Position numbers and translations under genes: made by a program. A DNA stretch of 62,375 bases from Patescibacteria group bacterium (GTDB lineage Bacteria > Patescibacteriota > Microgenomatia > UBA12405), in NCBI GenBank assembly GCA_018902845.1, contig JAHIPV010000004.1, positions 1-62,375 of the forward strand. The letters run 5' to 3'. The notes below the pieces were generated by a model. It was given only the letters and a program-made list of their open reading frames with translations. It ran no database searches and was not told the DNA's origin. Below are positions 19,118-28,313 of this stretch, one piece after another; positions within the stretch are counted from its first letter, which is position 1, and the number at the start of each line of letters is the position of its first letter.

Positions 19118-21643
19118 TTACCCAAACATCTCTTCATAGCTTACATTTTCTTTTTTGTCTTTCTTGTTTTGTTCCCCATCTGTTTTTACCGGCTCAGCAT
19201 TAACAGGGGGTCCCTTCTTAAAATCCTGGTTTATTTTTTTGTTATGTTCTGTCCATTTATTTTCTTCCGGCAATCCGGTTGGTTTTTCTTCTGCAATAGG
19301 GGATTTTACTGGAACTTGCGCTTTTGTAATTTTTGGCATAACCGGTAACGGAGGAAGTTTGCCTCCTCCGCTTGATTTAAACAACTCTCCGTATTTGGGT
19401 AATTTACCAAAACTTCCAAAATTTCCTACCAGTTTTTTCTTTTGTTCTTCCGTTTCTTTTTTTACTCTTTCTTCTTCATCTTTGGCGATTTTATGTTTTT
19501 CTATTTCTACTTTTTCTTTTTCTTCAAGTTTTTTTATTTTTTCTTCTAGGTCAAATTCACTAGTAGTTTTATCATCTTCTCCGACTACCTCTACAGCTAG
19601 CTTGCCTCCAGCCAGATTTTGATCCTTGCTTTCTACTGCTGGTGCCGATATTACTGTTGGAGTTGGAGTTGGAGTTGGAGTTGGAGCCTTATGACTTGTC
19701 AACTTTGCTGGTTTGCTTCTCATTGCTTCTTTCAAAACATCGGCCTGTTTTTTCATCTTTAGTATTTCAGACGGATCCGAGGTAATCAACCTGTGCTCAT
19801 CTGGACTGGCAATTACCCTTATAGCCACATGGTTTTGGCCGGCAAAAAATATTCCCTCTCCTTGATCAGCTGTAAGCAGTAACTGTTTTTCTCCTTCAGA
19901 TAGATAAAAAACTTCACCGATTTTATCTATAGCCGCACTATGTTGTTTCAGGAGTATTTGTATAGCCGAATTAGTCACTATTTCCTTTCCATACTCTGAT
20001 TGTAAAAAATCGTCTACATCTTGCGTTATTGTGGTGGTTCCTAAAAAGTATTTTCTTCCTCTTTTTACTATTCCTCTCAAAAAATCCGCCGAGTCTTCGT
20101 GTTTCATTAATACCCAGGCTTCCTCAACTACCAAAATTCTTTTCTTAAGGTCTCTTCTTATTACCGTCCAGATATAGTCAAGAATTATATGCATTGCCAC
20201 AGGACGCAACGCTTCTTCCAGATTTCTTATCCCAAACACCACAAACTTATTTTTAAGGTCAACTGTTGTTTTTTGGTTAAACACTCCGGCAAAAGATCCT
20301 TTTATATACTTTTCCAGTCTGGCCGCCAAAGATTGTGCTTTTTCTTCCTCCATTCCTATTAGGGATTTATACAAATCTTCAATCAAAGGAGCTTCCTTGT
20401 TTTGAGTTTCGGTATCTGGTGTTATACCTTTCATTTTGTAAGCCGCCATTACCGCCTTATCTATCATTGATTCTTCTATTGGATCCAGTTTTCCCAGCAT
20501 TACTTTCAAAAGTTTATGCAAAGCCAAAACTTTCGAGTTTAAAGCATTTTCGCCTTCTTCCACCATCAGGGACAAATCAAAAGGGTTTATTTTAGAATCT
20601 TCACTATAGCCAAAAGCAATATACTGCCCTCCCACTGCCTCACACAAATCTTCATATTCATTTTCGGGGTCAATCACAATTATCTCAGTTCCCAGCATCA
20701 ATGATCTCAAAACCTCCAGTTTGATCATGTAAGATTTTCCCGCTCCTGAAGTGGCAAATACTACTGAATTATAATTTTCCATTCCAAAACGATCAAAAAT
20801 TACCAGTGAACCGTTATGTTCGTTGATGCCGTACATTATTCCGTTGTCGTCTGATAAATCGGAAGATACAAAAGGAAAAGTAGTTGCCAGAGAAGTTGTA
20901 TCCATGTTTCGGGTAATTTTAAGCCTATCATCGCAAATTGGTAAGGTTGTAATAAATCCTTCTTCCATTTGTAGTGTTGTTTTTTTACTGATAATCATCA
21001 AGGCCCCAAGGCTTGATTCCAGATTTTTTGTTATTTTGTCCAGCTCTTTTTTTTCGTCACAGGATATAGTCACATACAAACCAAATTGAAAAAATCTCTC
21101 TTCTCCTTTGACTAAATCTGCCTGTAAATTAAGCGCATCTTCTAGTTTGGCTTGTGTTGCCGGGTTAACGATTTTTCCTCTTTGAATGTCAGTACTAAGT
21201 TCTGCTTCCATTTCGGCTATTTTTCTTCTTAAATCATCCAAAATTTCCTTACCGTCAATCGGATATATATACATAGAAACATTCAAGGACGCGTCAAAAT
21301 TAACCAAGGGAGATAACCAATTCATTCCCACAAATCGCGGATAACCGGCCACAAACAAAGTTCGGTAATATTTATTGTTAATCCTGATATGATTAAAATC
21401 GACCTCAATTGCCGATGGAGCAATTATATCTTTGGTCGACACCAAACCTTCCACAAAATCTCTCTCTGGTCCGGCTTCGCTTGACTTTGGATCTTTTTTC
21501 TTTCTCAAATCCAAAATTTTCCCAAAAACGCCTTTCTTTTTACTGCTAACCATCGCCACCGGAGCTTCTTTTTGTTGAAGATCCTGTCTGTTTGTTGCCG
21601 TTTCGACATTTTCTGTCTTTTTTTTAAATATTTTATTCAGCAT
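19118..21643 (-). CDS. VirB4/TrbE/PrgJ-like type IV secretion ATPase with long low-complexity C-terminal tail
   Basis: Walker A FATSGAGKSY, Walker B ILVVEEAW. About 200-aa Lys/Glu/Pro-rich tail after a (PT)n linker. Confidence 0.85.
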   Translation of the reverse strand: MLNKIFKKKTENVETATNRQDLQQKEAPVAMVSSKKKGVFGKILDLRKKKDPKSSEAGPERDFVEGLVSTKDIIAPSAIEVDFNHIRINNKYYRTLFVAGYPRFVGMNWLSPLVNFDASLNVSMYIYPIDGKEILDDLRRKIAEMEAELSTDIQRGKIVNPATQAKLEDALNLQADLVKGEERFFQFGLYVTISCDEKKELDKITKNLESSLGALMIISKKTTLQMEEGFITTLPICDDRLKITRNMDTTSLATTFPFVSSDLSDDNGIMYGINEHNGSLVIFDRFGMENYNSVVFATSGAGKSYMIKLEVLRSLMLGTEIIVIDPENEYEDLCEAVGGQYIAFGYSEDSKINPFDLSLMVEEGENALNSKVLALHKLLKVMLGKLDPIEESMIDKAVMAAYKMKGITPDTETQNKEAPLIEDLYKSLIGMEEEKAQSLAARLEKYIKGSFAGVFNQKTTVDLKNKFVVFGIRNLEEALRPVAMHIILDYIWTVIRRDLKKRILVVEEAWVLMKHEDSADFLRGIVKRGRKYFLGTTTITQDVDDFLQSEYGKEIVTNSAIQILLKQHSAAIDKIGEVFYLSEGEKQLLLTADQGEGIFFAGQNHVAIRVIASPDEHRLITSDPSEILKMKKQADVLKEAMRSKPAKLTSHKAPTPTPTPTPTVISAPAVESKDQNLAGGKLAVEVVGEDDKTTSEFDLEEKIKKLEEKEKVEIEKHKIAKDEEERVKKETEEQKKKLVGNFGSFGKLPKYGELFKSSGGGKLPPLPVMPKITKAQVPVKSPIAEEKPTGLPEENKWTEHNKKINQDFKKGPPVNAEPVKTDGEQNKKDKKENVSYEEMFG
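19658..19687. repeat. (TGGAGT)x5 hexanucleotide tandem repeat inside the VirB4-like CDS
   Basis: Read directly. Encodes the PTPTPTPTPT linker on the minus strand. Confidence 0.8.
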
Positions 21644-21650
21644 TTTTTCT

Positions 21651-21687
21651 TTGCCTCGCCGAAGCTTTAGCCCAGGCGGGTTTTTTT
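21651..21687. repeat. GC-rich repeat, family D (GCCTCGCCGAAGCTTTAGCCCAGGCGGG + T-run)
   Basis: Shares AAGCTTTAGC...AGGCGG(T/G)TTTTT with 52961-53001 and GCCTCGCC(A/G)AAGC with 35701-35716. Confidence 0.65.
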
Positions 21688-21796
21688 AGTTTTAATTTTT
21701 ATTTTTCCTTTTCTAATTTTAAATTTTAGATTTGTTTAGTATTTAGATATTAGAATTTAGGATTTAATTTGGAAATTTAAATTTTTGATTTTGAAT

Positions 21797-22498
21797 TTAT
21801 TTTTTTGTCGTTACTATTGGAGACACATAATTTAAACTTTGTATTTTTTGGTTGGCGAAACTTTCTTCGTTGTATATTTTGTAAAAAAGCTGTACCAGTT
21901 CTCTTGTATCCAGCGGTTTTATTTCTAATCCCAAACGCGAAAATAGCCTCATGACATGATCTCTTTTTGGTTCTAAACTAGCCATTGCCTTTTCTAAAAT
22001 ATATTCTTTGTTGTAAGGCAATTTTTGTGATTTTTTTAAAGGATTCATTCCCGAAAATAACGTCTTGTCGGCCGTTTGGATCCCTAATTCTATTAAAGAA
22101 AATGGAACTACAACATAAAAAGACTTAGATAACACGTCATTTTTTCTTACCGTTTCTTCAATAAAAGCTCTATACAGCCGAATTCTGTCTTTCAGTAATG
22201 GATTATGTTCTTCGAATTCGGCATTTTTTAATTTTTCCAAATACAAACTAACATCTTTTGTATTTGACCGAATCACAATTTGAATTGGAAATGTCAAAGA
22301 ATTCAAAATACCACCATAGGCAAATACCAAAGCCGACTGCTCCCTTTCTGACAATAAATCAAAGTTAACCGACGATAACTGCATTACTAATGCACAAGAA
22401 CCATTTTTTAATATTACAATCCCGTCAATCACATCTTCTATTGGCAGATGTTCCTGAGTGCTTCCTTTGATGGCGATTTTAAGTGGATCACTTTTCAT
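21797..22498 (-). CDS. hypothetical protein of the T4SS-like cluster
   Basis: 233-aa ORF between the PrgI-like and VirB4-like genes, same strand. No motif recognised. Confidence 0.5.
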   Translation of the reverse strand: MKSDPLKIAIKGSTQEHLPIEDVIDGIVILKNGSCALVMQLSSVNFDLLSEREQSALVFAYGGILNSLTFPIQIVIRSNTKDVSLYLEKLKNAEFEEHNPLLKDRIRLYRAFIEETVRKNDVLSKSFYVVVPFSLIELGIQTADKTLFSGMNPLKKSQKLPYNKEYILEKAMASLEPKRDHVMRLFSRLGLEIKPLDTRELVQLFYKIYNEESFANQKIQSLNYVSPIVTTKK

Positions 22499-22539
22499 AA
22501 GTAGTTAATTTATAATACCCAATTTTCATCCACAATTCC

Positions 22540-23472
22540 TCACTTGGCTTGTATTTTTACTGGTTCCAAAATTTCCCCCCTTAATTCGATTTCTACTCTA
22601 TAAAATTCGTACCCTTCTTTCTCGGTAATTATCAAATATTTGCCGTTAGCCAGTTGATTTGCTGATTTAAATTGACCCAAAGAATTAGTTCTAAATACTC
22701 TGACAGGATTTCCTTTTCCATCTTGAACTTCAACAATAGCCTCTTCTACTATTTGCCCATCTTTTCCCGTAACCATTCCAGACAGTACATTTGCTATTTT
22801 TGGTGTTACTGGCATTGGTACTCCGCCAAACACCACATCTCCGGTGGCTTCCAGTTTATCAGCCCTCTTTAGATTCAAATCGGTCTTTTTGTCTCTCCAG
22901 TTCTCTTTGCTAGACGGAGAACTTTTTGGTTGAGCTTCTTTCTCAACAATTTGTTTGTCGGGTTGGGGTTTTTCGGTTATTTTTTCTTGTTTTTTTTCTT
23001 CAGTTTTATAATCTTCCACCGAAAGCTCAACATCTTTTGTTTTGTTTCCGAATGCTAATTTTGGCAGAGAACCTATAAATTCATTTACCTTTTCTTCGTC
23101 TTTTGCAGATACTTCTAAATCATCTTTTCCTTCATATTCTTCTAATCCTTTTTTTGTCATATCAATATCCAGCCAATTCTTGTCTTTTACTTTTTTCCAC
23201 AAATAAAAAGTAGGGGAATAAATACTTTTTATAAACGCCAATAACCATGTTTCCAACGGCCTATCCTGAAAGGGGACAAACGCCATCATTATTCCCCCCA
23301 GACCGAATAACGCCATCAGGGGATATTTGATCAAAAAAATCAGCTTGCTTGAATTTATTAAAACGGCAATAACCACTCCACCCGCCGCCTTTCCAAACTG
23401 TTTTAAGGTCATGTCTCCTACCAATTTAAACTCGTAGCTGGAAATTTGTTGTGGTATCGGATGTTGTTCCAT
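22540..23472 (-). CDS. PrgI-family (VirB3-like) membrane protein with C-terminal carboxypeptidase-regulatory-like domain
   Basis: N-terminus IPQQISSYEFKLVGDMTLKQF plus two TM helices, as in PrgI-family proteins. C-terminus GMVTGKDGQIVEEAIVEV...GKYLIITEKEGYEF. Confidence 0.65.
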   Translation of the reverse strand: MEQHPIPQQISSYEFKLVGDMTLKQFGKAAGGVVIAVLINSSKLIFLIKYPLMALFGLGGIMMAFVPFQDRPLETWLLAFIKSIYSPTFYLWKKVKDKNWLDIDMTKKGLEEYEGKDDLEVSAKDEEKVNEFIGSLPKLAFGNKTKDVELSVEDYKTEEKKQEKITEKPQPDKQIVEKEAQPKSSPSSKENWRDKKTDLNLKRADKLEATGDVVFGGVPMPVTPKIANVLSGMVTGKDGQIVEEAIVEVQDGKGNPVRVFRTNSLGQFKSANQLANGKYLIITEKEGYEFYRVEIELRGEILEPVKIQAK

Positions 23473-23519
23473 TATCTAAATTCTACCCCAAGTAAATCAA
23501 AGTAGTAAGATAATTTAAA

Positions 23520-24140
23520 ATGAAAAGCAAACATTACAACACTCGTTATGGATTTTTTGTCGGATCCAAAAAGGGATACACTGGTTTTAGAAACAGATTA
23601 AGAGTAAAAAAATTTACTAAATTAATCGATCCGCACAAAGAAGAAAAAATACTGGAAATTGGCTGTAATACTGGAATTTTACTATCAAACCTTTCTAGAT
23701 TTTCCGACAAAGTTTACGGAATAGATGTTAACAAGCAAGTTATAGAAAAAATAAATTCAAAAAAAGTCCAAGTTATGTCAGCCACCAAACTCAAGTTTGC
23801 AGATAATTATTTTGACAAAATTTGCGCCTTTGAAGTTATAGAGCATATTGCAGAATTTGACCAAGCTTTTCGTCAAATTTACCGAGTTCTCAAAACTTCT
23901 GGTACTTTTTATATTTCCTTTCCGGTAGAAATCATTAGAGGTCAATCTGCTCTATTAGATGCAATTGTCGCTCACAAAAATCCATTTTTTGCCAGAAAAC
24001 TTCATGTTCATAAATTAAATCCGACAAAAATAAAAAAAATTATAAAAGATATTCCATTCAAAATCATTCAATCAAAAATCATTTTTATACCAATGCCATC
24101 CTTTTTTATGGTTTTACAAAAACAAAATCGAAGGATCTAG
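23520..24140 (+). CDS. class I SAM-dependent methyltransferase
   Basis: Motif I ILEIGCNTG and a type-11 methyltransferase pattern. Confidence 0.8.
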   Translation: MKSKHYNTRYGFFVGSKKGYTGFRNRLRVKKFTKLIDPHKEEKILEIGCNTGILLSNLSRFSDKVYGIDVNKQVIEKINSKKVQVMSATKLKFADNYFDKICAFEVIEHIAEFDQAFRQIYRVLKTSGTFYISFPVEIIRGQSALLDAIVAHKNPFFARKLHVHKLNPTKIKKIIKDIPFKIIQSKIIFIPMPSFFMVLQKQNRRI

Positions 24141-24161
24141 CCAAGCGTTATATACTTACCC

Positions 24162-25109
24162 ATGTCTCGTCTTCTAATAGTCGATGGTCACGCAGTCATC
24201 CATCGTGCTTATCACTCCATCCCAAAAAATCTCACTCATAACGGCAAAATGGTTAACGCTGTCTATGGTTTTTATTCCATGCTTCTTTCCAGTATTACCC
24301 AACTTACCCCCAAATACGTTATTGTTTGTCTTGATTCTCCTGGTCCTACTTTCCGAGACAAAGAATATATAGGCTATCGGGCTCAGCGTAAACCATCCGA
24401 TCCCGAACTTATCAGCCAATTTCCTTTAGTCCAAAAATCCCTGGAAGAAAGCACTATTCCTTCTTTTTCTATTGGTGGTTACGAAGCCGACGATATTATC
24501 GCTACTATTGCAAAAAACAAAGCCCCATTTGTATCAAAAGTTACGGTCATTACCGGTGACAAAGATTTAATGCAACTGGTAAATGCCAAAACACAGCTTT
24601 TTATGCCTGTTCGTGGCATCTCGCAAACCAAAACTTTTTTTACCAAAGATGTCAAAGAAAAACTGGGCATATATCCAAAACAAGTTGTTGATATGAAAGC
24701 TTTAATGGGGGATCCTTCAGATAATTACCCCGGTGTTCATGGTATTGGACCCAAAACCGCCATCACCCTTTTAAACCAATACAAAAATCTTGACAATATT
24801 TACAAAAATATAGACAAAATCAAAGACTCGCTAAAAACTAAATTAAAAAAAGACAAGGAAAATGCCTATTTATCCCAAAAATTGGCTCAATTAGTTTATA
24901 ATGTTCCGGTTAAATTTTCTCTCAAACGTGCAAGGTGGAATGAAACTAAAATACAAAATTTACTCAAACTTTTTAAAACCTACAATTTCAAATCTCTCGC
25001 CTCCCGTTTGGAAAAACAAACAAAACCCAAGACCACTCGCAATCTACCAAAGGCACTCCGCTCGAGTCCGAAGGACGAGCATCGGAGCAACCAACAATCT
25101 CTTTTTTAA
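24162..25109 (+). CDS. 5'-3' exonuclease (Pol I N-terminal/FEN-like, stand-alone)
   Basis: LLIVDGHAVIHRAYH, ITGDKDLMQL, and H3TH GDPSDNYPGVHGIGPKTA. Confidence 0.85.
   Translation: MSRLLIVDGHAVIHRAYHSIPKNLTHNGKMVNAVYGFYSMLLSSITQLTPKYVIVCLDSPGPTFRDKEYIGYRAQRKPSDPELISQFPLVQKSLEESTIPSFSIGGYEADDIIATIAKNKAPFVSKVTVITGDKDLMQLVNAKTQLFMPVRGISQTKTFFTKDVKEKLGIYPKQVVDMKALMGDPSDNYPGVHGIGPKTAITLLNQYKNLDNIYKNIDKIKDSLKTKLKKDKENAYLSQKLAQLVYNVPVKFSLKRARWNETKIQNLLKLFKTYNFKSLASRLEKQTKPKTTRNLPKALRSSPKDEHRSNQQSLF
25056..25088 (+). repeat. hairpin-repeat-like segment forming the 3' tail of the 5'-3' exonuclease CDS
   Basis: CTCCGCTCGAGTCCGAAGGACGAGCATCGGAG (self-complementary) encodes ...RSSPKDEHRS... Confidence 0.5.
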
Positions 25110-25158
25110 ATTTCCTTGCATTGACAAAAATACATTGTTATTATAAAATATCCTTACC

Positions 25159-25425
25159 ATGACATATTCAGCTACAATCACCAGCAAAAGACAACTCACT
25201 ATCCCAATTATGCTTTACAAGCAATTAAAACTTGAAAAAACCAGAAAAGTAATCGTTTCTGTTGAAAACGGAATTATTAAAATTCAACCAGCCCTAAATT
25301 TTGTTAATCAAGTTGCAGGCTCTTTTGAAATGCCGGATAAATACAAAAATATGGATATTGACAAAATCATTAAAACAGCCAAGGAGTCATATTTTAAGGA
25401 AAAATTTAAAAATAAACTTTCATGA
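25159..25425 (+). CDS. vapB: AbrB/SpoVT-family antitoxin VapB
   Basis: ITSKRQLTIPIMLYKQLKL. 4-nt overlap with the downstream PIN gene. Confidence 0.8.
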   Translation: MTYSATITSKRQLTIPIMLYKQLKLEKTRKVIVSVENGIIKIQPALNFVNQVAGSFEMPDKYKNMDIDKIIKTAKESYFKEKFKNKLS

Positions 25426-25820
25426 TTTTTGTCGATACAAATTACTTCCTCCGGTTTTTTTTAAAAGATAATCAAAATCAATGCAAAATTGCCCAAAAAC
25501 TATTTCAACAAGCATCTATTGGCAAAATAAAACTATTTACATCAATTATCGTATTCTTCGAAGTTTATTGGGTATTAAAAAACATTTTTAGTGAAAAAGA
25601 TCCAAAAGTTTTTTCAATCCTTTTTTTAATTCTTGATATGAGCTTCATTCAGATCCCCAAAAGAGATTTGCTCAAGGATTGTTTAACAAATATAGAATTT
25701 TACGATTTCGACATGGAAGATGCCTATAACGCAATTTATGCCTTAAAAAACAAAACTCTTGGGTTTAAAACTTTTGACAAAAAGCTTCTCAAAAAATTCA
25801 ACCTCCTAAATTCAAACTAA
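25422..25820 (+). CDS. vapC: PIN-domain toxin VapC
   Basis: MIFVDTNYFLRFFL... with the PIN acidic residues. Confidence 0.8.
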   Translation: MIFVDTNYFLRFFLKDNQNQCKIAQKLFQQASIGKIKLFTSIIVFFEVYWVLKNIFSEKDPKVFSILFLILDMSFIQIPKRDLLKDCLTNIEFYDFDMEDAYNAIYALKNKTLGFKTFDKKLLKKFNLLNSN

Positions 25821-25878
25821 TCTTTCTTTATTTGATTATTTTTCCTCCCACCAACAATCTTTGTTTTAAAATACCAAT

Positions 25879-27075
25879 ATGCCAAAAAAACAAGCATTAG
25901 CGCAGTCCGCCTCTGGAGGATTAAAAATCGCTCTTGTTCACGACTATCTTAAAGAATTTGGTGGAGCTGAGCGTGTTTTAGAAATTTTGTCAGACATTTT
26001 TCCCAACGCTCCTATTTATACAACTCTTTATTTACCCAAGTTTTTTGGTCCTCATCGTCAGCGCTTACAAAAAAAATGGCAAGGTAGAATACACTCCTCT
26101 TTTTTTCAATTTATTCCTTTTGCTTCAAAACTTGTCAGCCCTCTTCGTTTCCTCTCGTCGTTAGCTTTCAAATTTTTTAATTTTTCCAAATATGACATTA
26201 TTATTAGCTCTGCCACCGGCGCTTATTTTCCCAACTCTCTGAACAAAAAATCAGCCAAATTATTTTGTTATTGCCACACTCCTCCCCGCTATCTTTACGG
26301 TCTTCCTACTGCCAGAGATTTAAAAAAATATCCAGTAATAAATTTTTTGGCCCAAATTGCCAATCATTTCTTGAGACTTTTTGATTTTCACTGGGCTCAA
26401 AATGTTGACCAATTTATAGCTAACTCCAACACAGTCAAACAAAGAATCAAAAAATTCTACCGCAAACCCGCCATTATCATTAACCCACCCATCGACCTTC
26501 CATCTGGTGTCACCCCGCCATGGCGGAGCTCCGATGGAAAAAACCTGTCATTGCGAGCGAAGCGTGGCAATCCCGCTGGGATTTCACCTTTTTACCTTAC
26601 CGGTGGTCGTCTTGCTCGTGCCAAACGCTATGACATTGCCATAAAAGCCTGCAACAAACTTAAACTTCCTTTAAAAATCTTTGGCCGTGATTTTGCTAAC
26701 TTTTCACAGGAACTCAAATCTATGGCTGGCCCTACCGTAGAATTCTTAGGCGAAATAACCCAAAAAGAAAAAAAACAATTGTTCCGGCAAGCCAAAGCTC
26801 TTTTTTTCTGTTCCGATAACGAAGATTTTGGCATGCTTCCCCTTGAAGCCATGGCTTATGGTTGTCCTGTTATTGCTTACAAAAGCGGGGGAGCAGAAGA
26901 AACTGTTGTAGACGGTAAAACCGGTGTATTTTTTCACAAACTTACTTCAGACTCCTGTATCACCGCTATCAAAAAATTTCAGAAACTAAAATTTAGTTCC
27001 CAAACCTGTCGTTTCCACGCTCAAAACTTCAGCCAACAAAAATTCACTTCAAAAATCAAACACCTATTCTTTTAG
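25879..27075 (+). CDS. glycosyltransferase family 4 (GT-B), with repeat-derived in-frame inserts
   Basis: LKIALVHDYL...GGAERV N-terminus and EDFGMLPLEAMAYGCPVIA (the E-x7-E region). Confidence 0.8.
   Translation: MPKKQALAQSASGGLKIALVHDYLKEFGGAERVLEILSDIFPNAPIYTTLYLPKFFGPHRQRLQKKWQGRIHSSFFQFIPFASKLVSPLRFLSSLAFKFFNFSKYDIIISSATGAYFPNSLNKKSAKLFCYCHTPPRYLYGLPTARDLKKYPVINFLAQIANHFLRLFDFHWAQNVDQFIANSNTVKQRIKKFYRKPAIIINPPIDLPSGVTPPWRSSDGKNLSLRAKRGNPAGISPFYLTGGRLARAKRYDIAIKACNKLKLPLKIFGRDFANFSQELKSMAGPTVEFLGEITQKEKKQLFRQAKALFFCSDNEDFGMLPLEAMAYGCPVIAYKSGGAEETVVDGKTGVFFHKLTSDSCITAIKKFQKLKFSSQTCRFHAQNFSQQKFTSKIKHLFF
26505..26583 (+). repeat. family B repeat plus CCGCCATGGCGG palindrome inserted in-frame in the GT4 CDS
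   Basis: GTCATTGCGAGCGAAGCGTGGCAATCCCGCTGGGATT (26547-26583) translates to LSLRAKRGNPAGI. Confidence 0.8.
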
Positions 27076-28005
27076 CCACCTTTCCATATCCAAAGCCGCC
27101 TTACATCCCATTCCCGCCGCCACAATTCCTTGTTTATAAGCATTGTTCACGCAATCCCCAGCTCCAAATATCCCATCTACAGATGTCATTGTTGAATATT
27201 TTTTGTCCACTCCAACCTTTATATGTCCTGTTTTTTCCATTTCTACCAAACCAGTCAAAAACTTAGTGGCTGGATCGCTTCCAATTGCTACGAACAATCC
27301 GTCTATTTCAATTATTCTTTCTTTTCCTGTTTTGTTATTTACAATTTTTATTTTTTCTAACTTTTCATCTCCCAAAAGCTCTTTTACTTCCGTACTCCAA
27401 ACAACTTCAATCTTCTTATTTTCAAAAACTCTTTTTTGCTCTATTTTTGTCGCCCTCAGCTCGTTTCGTCTGTGAATCAAATAAACTTTTTTTGCAAATC
27501 TGCTTAAAAAAACCGCTTCTTCGCAAGCTGTGTTACCTCCGCCTGTTACTGCCACTACCTTGTCTCCAAAAAACATTCCATCACAGGTAGCACAGCCACT
27601 AACTCCTCTTCCTATCAATTCTTTTTCTTTCTCTATGCCTAGCCATCTTGCTTTCGATCCTGTAGCCACAATTACTGTTTTTGTTTCCAAGATTCCGTTA
27701 TTTTTTAATTTTACTCCAAAATTTTTTTGAATCTTTAAAATTTTTTTAACTATTCCTTGTTTTATTTCTCCCCCCAAGTTTTCAACCTGTTTTTGCATGT
27801 CCATCATCAACTTTATTCCGCCAATCCCATTTGGAAATCCGGGGTAATTTTCTACTACCGCAGTAATGGTCAATTGTCCCCCTGGTTGATCACCGCTCGC
27901 AACTACTGCTTTTAATCCAGCTCTTACCGCATAAATTCCCGCCGTCAATCCTGCCGGCCCCGAACCAATAATCACCACATCGTATTTTCTTTTACTTTCA
28001 TTCAT
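27064..28005 (-). CDS. trxB: thioredoxin-disulfide reductase
   Basis: GSGPAGLTAGIYA FAD motif, redox CATCDG, and the GGGNTACEEA NADPH motif. Confidence 0.9.
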   Translation of the reverse strand: MNESKRKYDVVIIGSGPAGLTAGIYAVRAGLKAVVASGDQPGGQLTITAVVENYPGFPNGIGGIKLMMDMQKQVENLGGEIKQGIVKKILKIQKNFGVKLKNNGILETKTVIVATGSKARWLGIEKEKELIGRGVSGCATCDGMFFGDKVVAVTGGGNTACEEAVFLSRFAKKVYLIHRRNELRATKIEQKRVFENKKIEVVWSTEVKELLGDEKLEKIKIVNNKTGKERIIEIDGLFVAIGSDPATKFLTGLVEMEKTGHIKVGVDKKYSTMTSVDGIFGAGDCVNNAYKQGIVAAGMGCKAALDMERWLKE

Positions 28006-28037
28006 ATTCTTATTTTATCCTATTTAAACCATTCTTT

Positions 28038-28245
28038 GATATTCTCCGCTCCCGCTCAGAATGACGCTCGCCTCCTGTCATCCTGAGTGTACCCCCGTCA
28101 TCCTGAGTGAGTCTTACGACCGAAGGATCCCATTGTCAAACACCCCTCCTTTGGGATTCTTCGCTCTCGCTCAGAATGACGCCTTTCTTCCCGTCATCGA
28201 CCCTACCACCCGTCATCCTGAGTAAGTCTTACGACCGAAGGATCT
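28038..28245. repeat. cluster of about six family A copies in both orientations
   Basis: Reverse copies at 28038-28065 and 28151-28180. Forward copies at 28077-28090 (partial), 28097-28130 and 28212-28245. Confidence 0.85.
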
Positions 28246-28313
28246 CGTTTTTGTTTTATTCATAAATCATAAATCCTGTTTTAGTTTTACTTTTTCCTGT
28301 TATTATTAAATAA

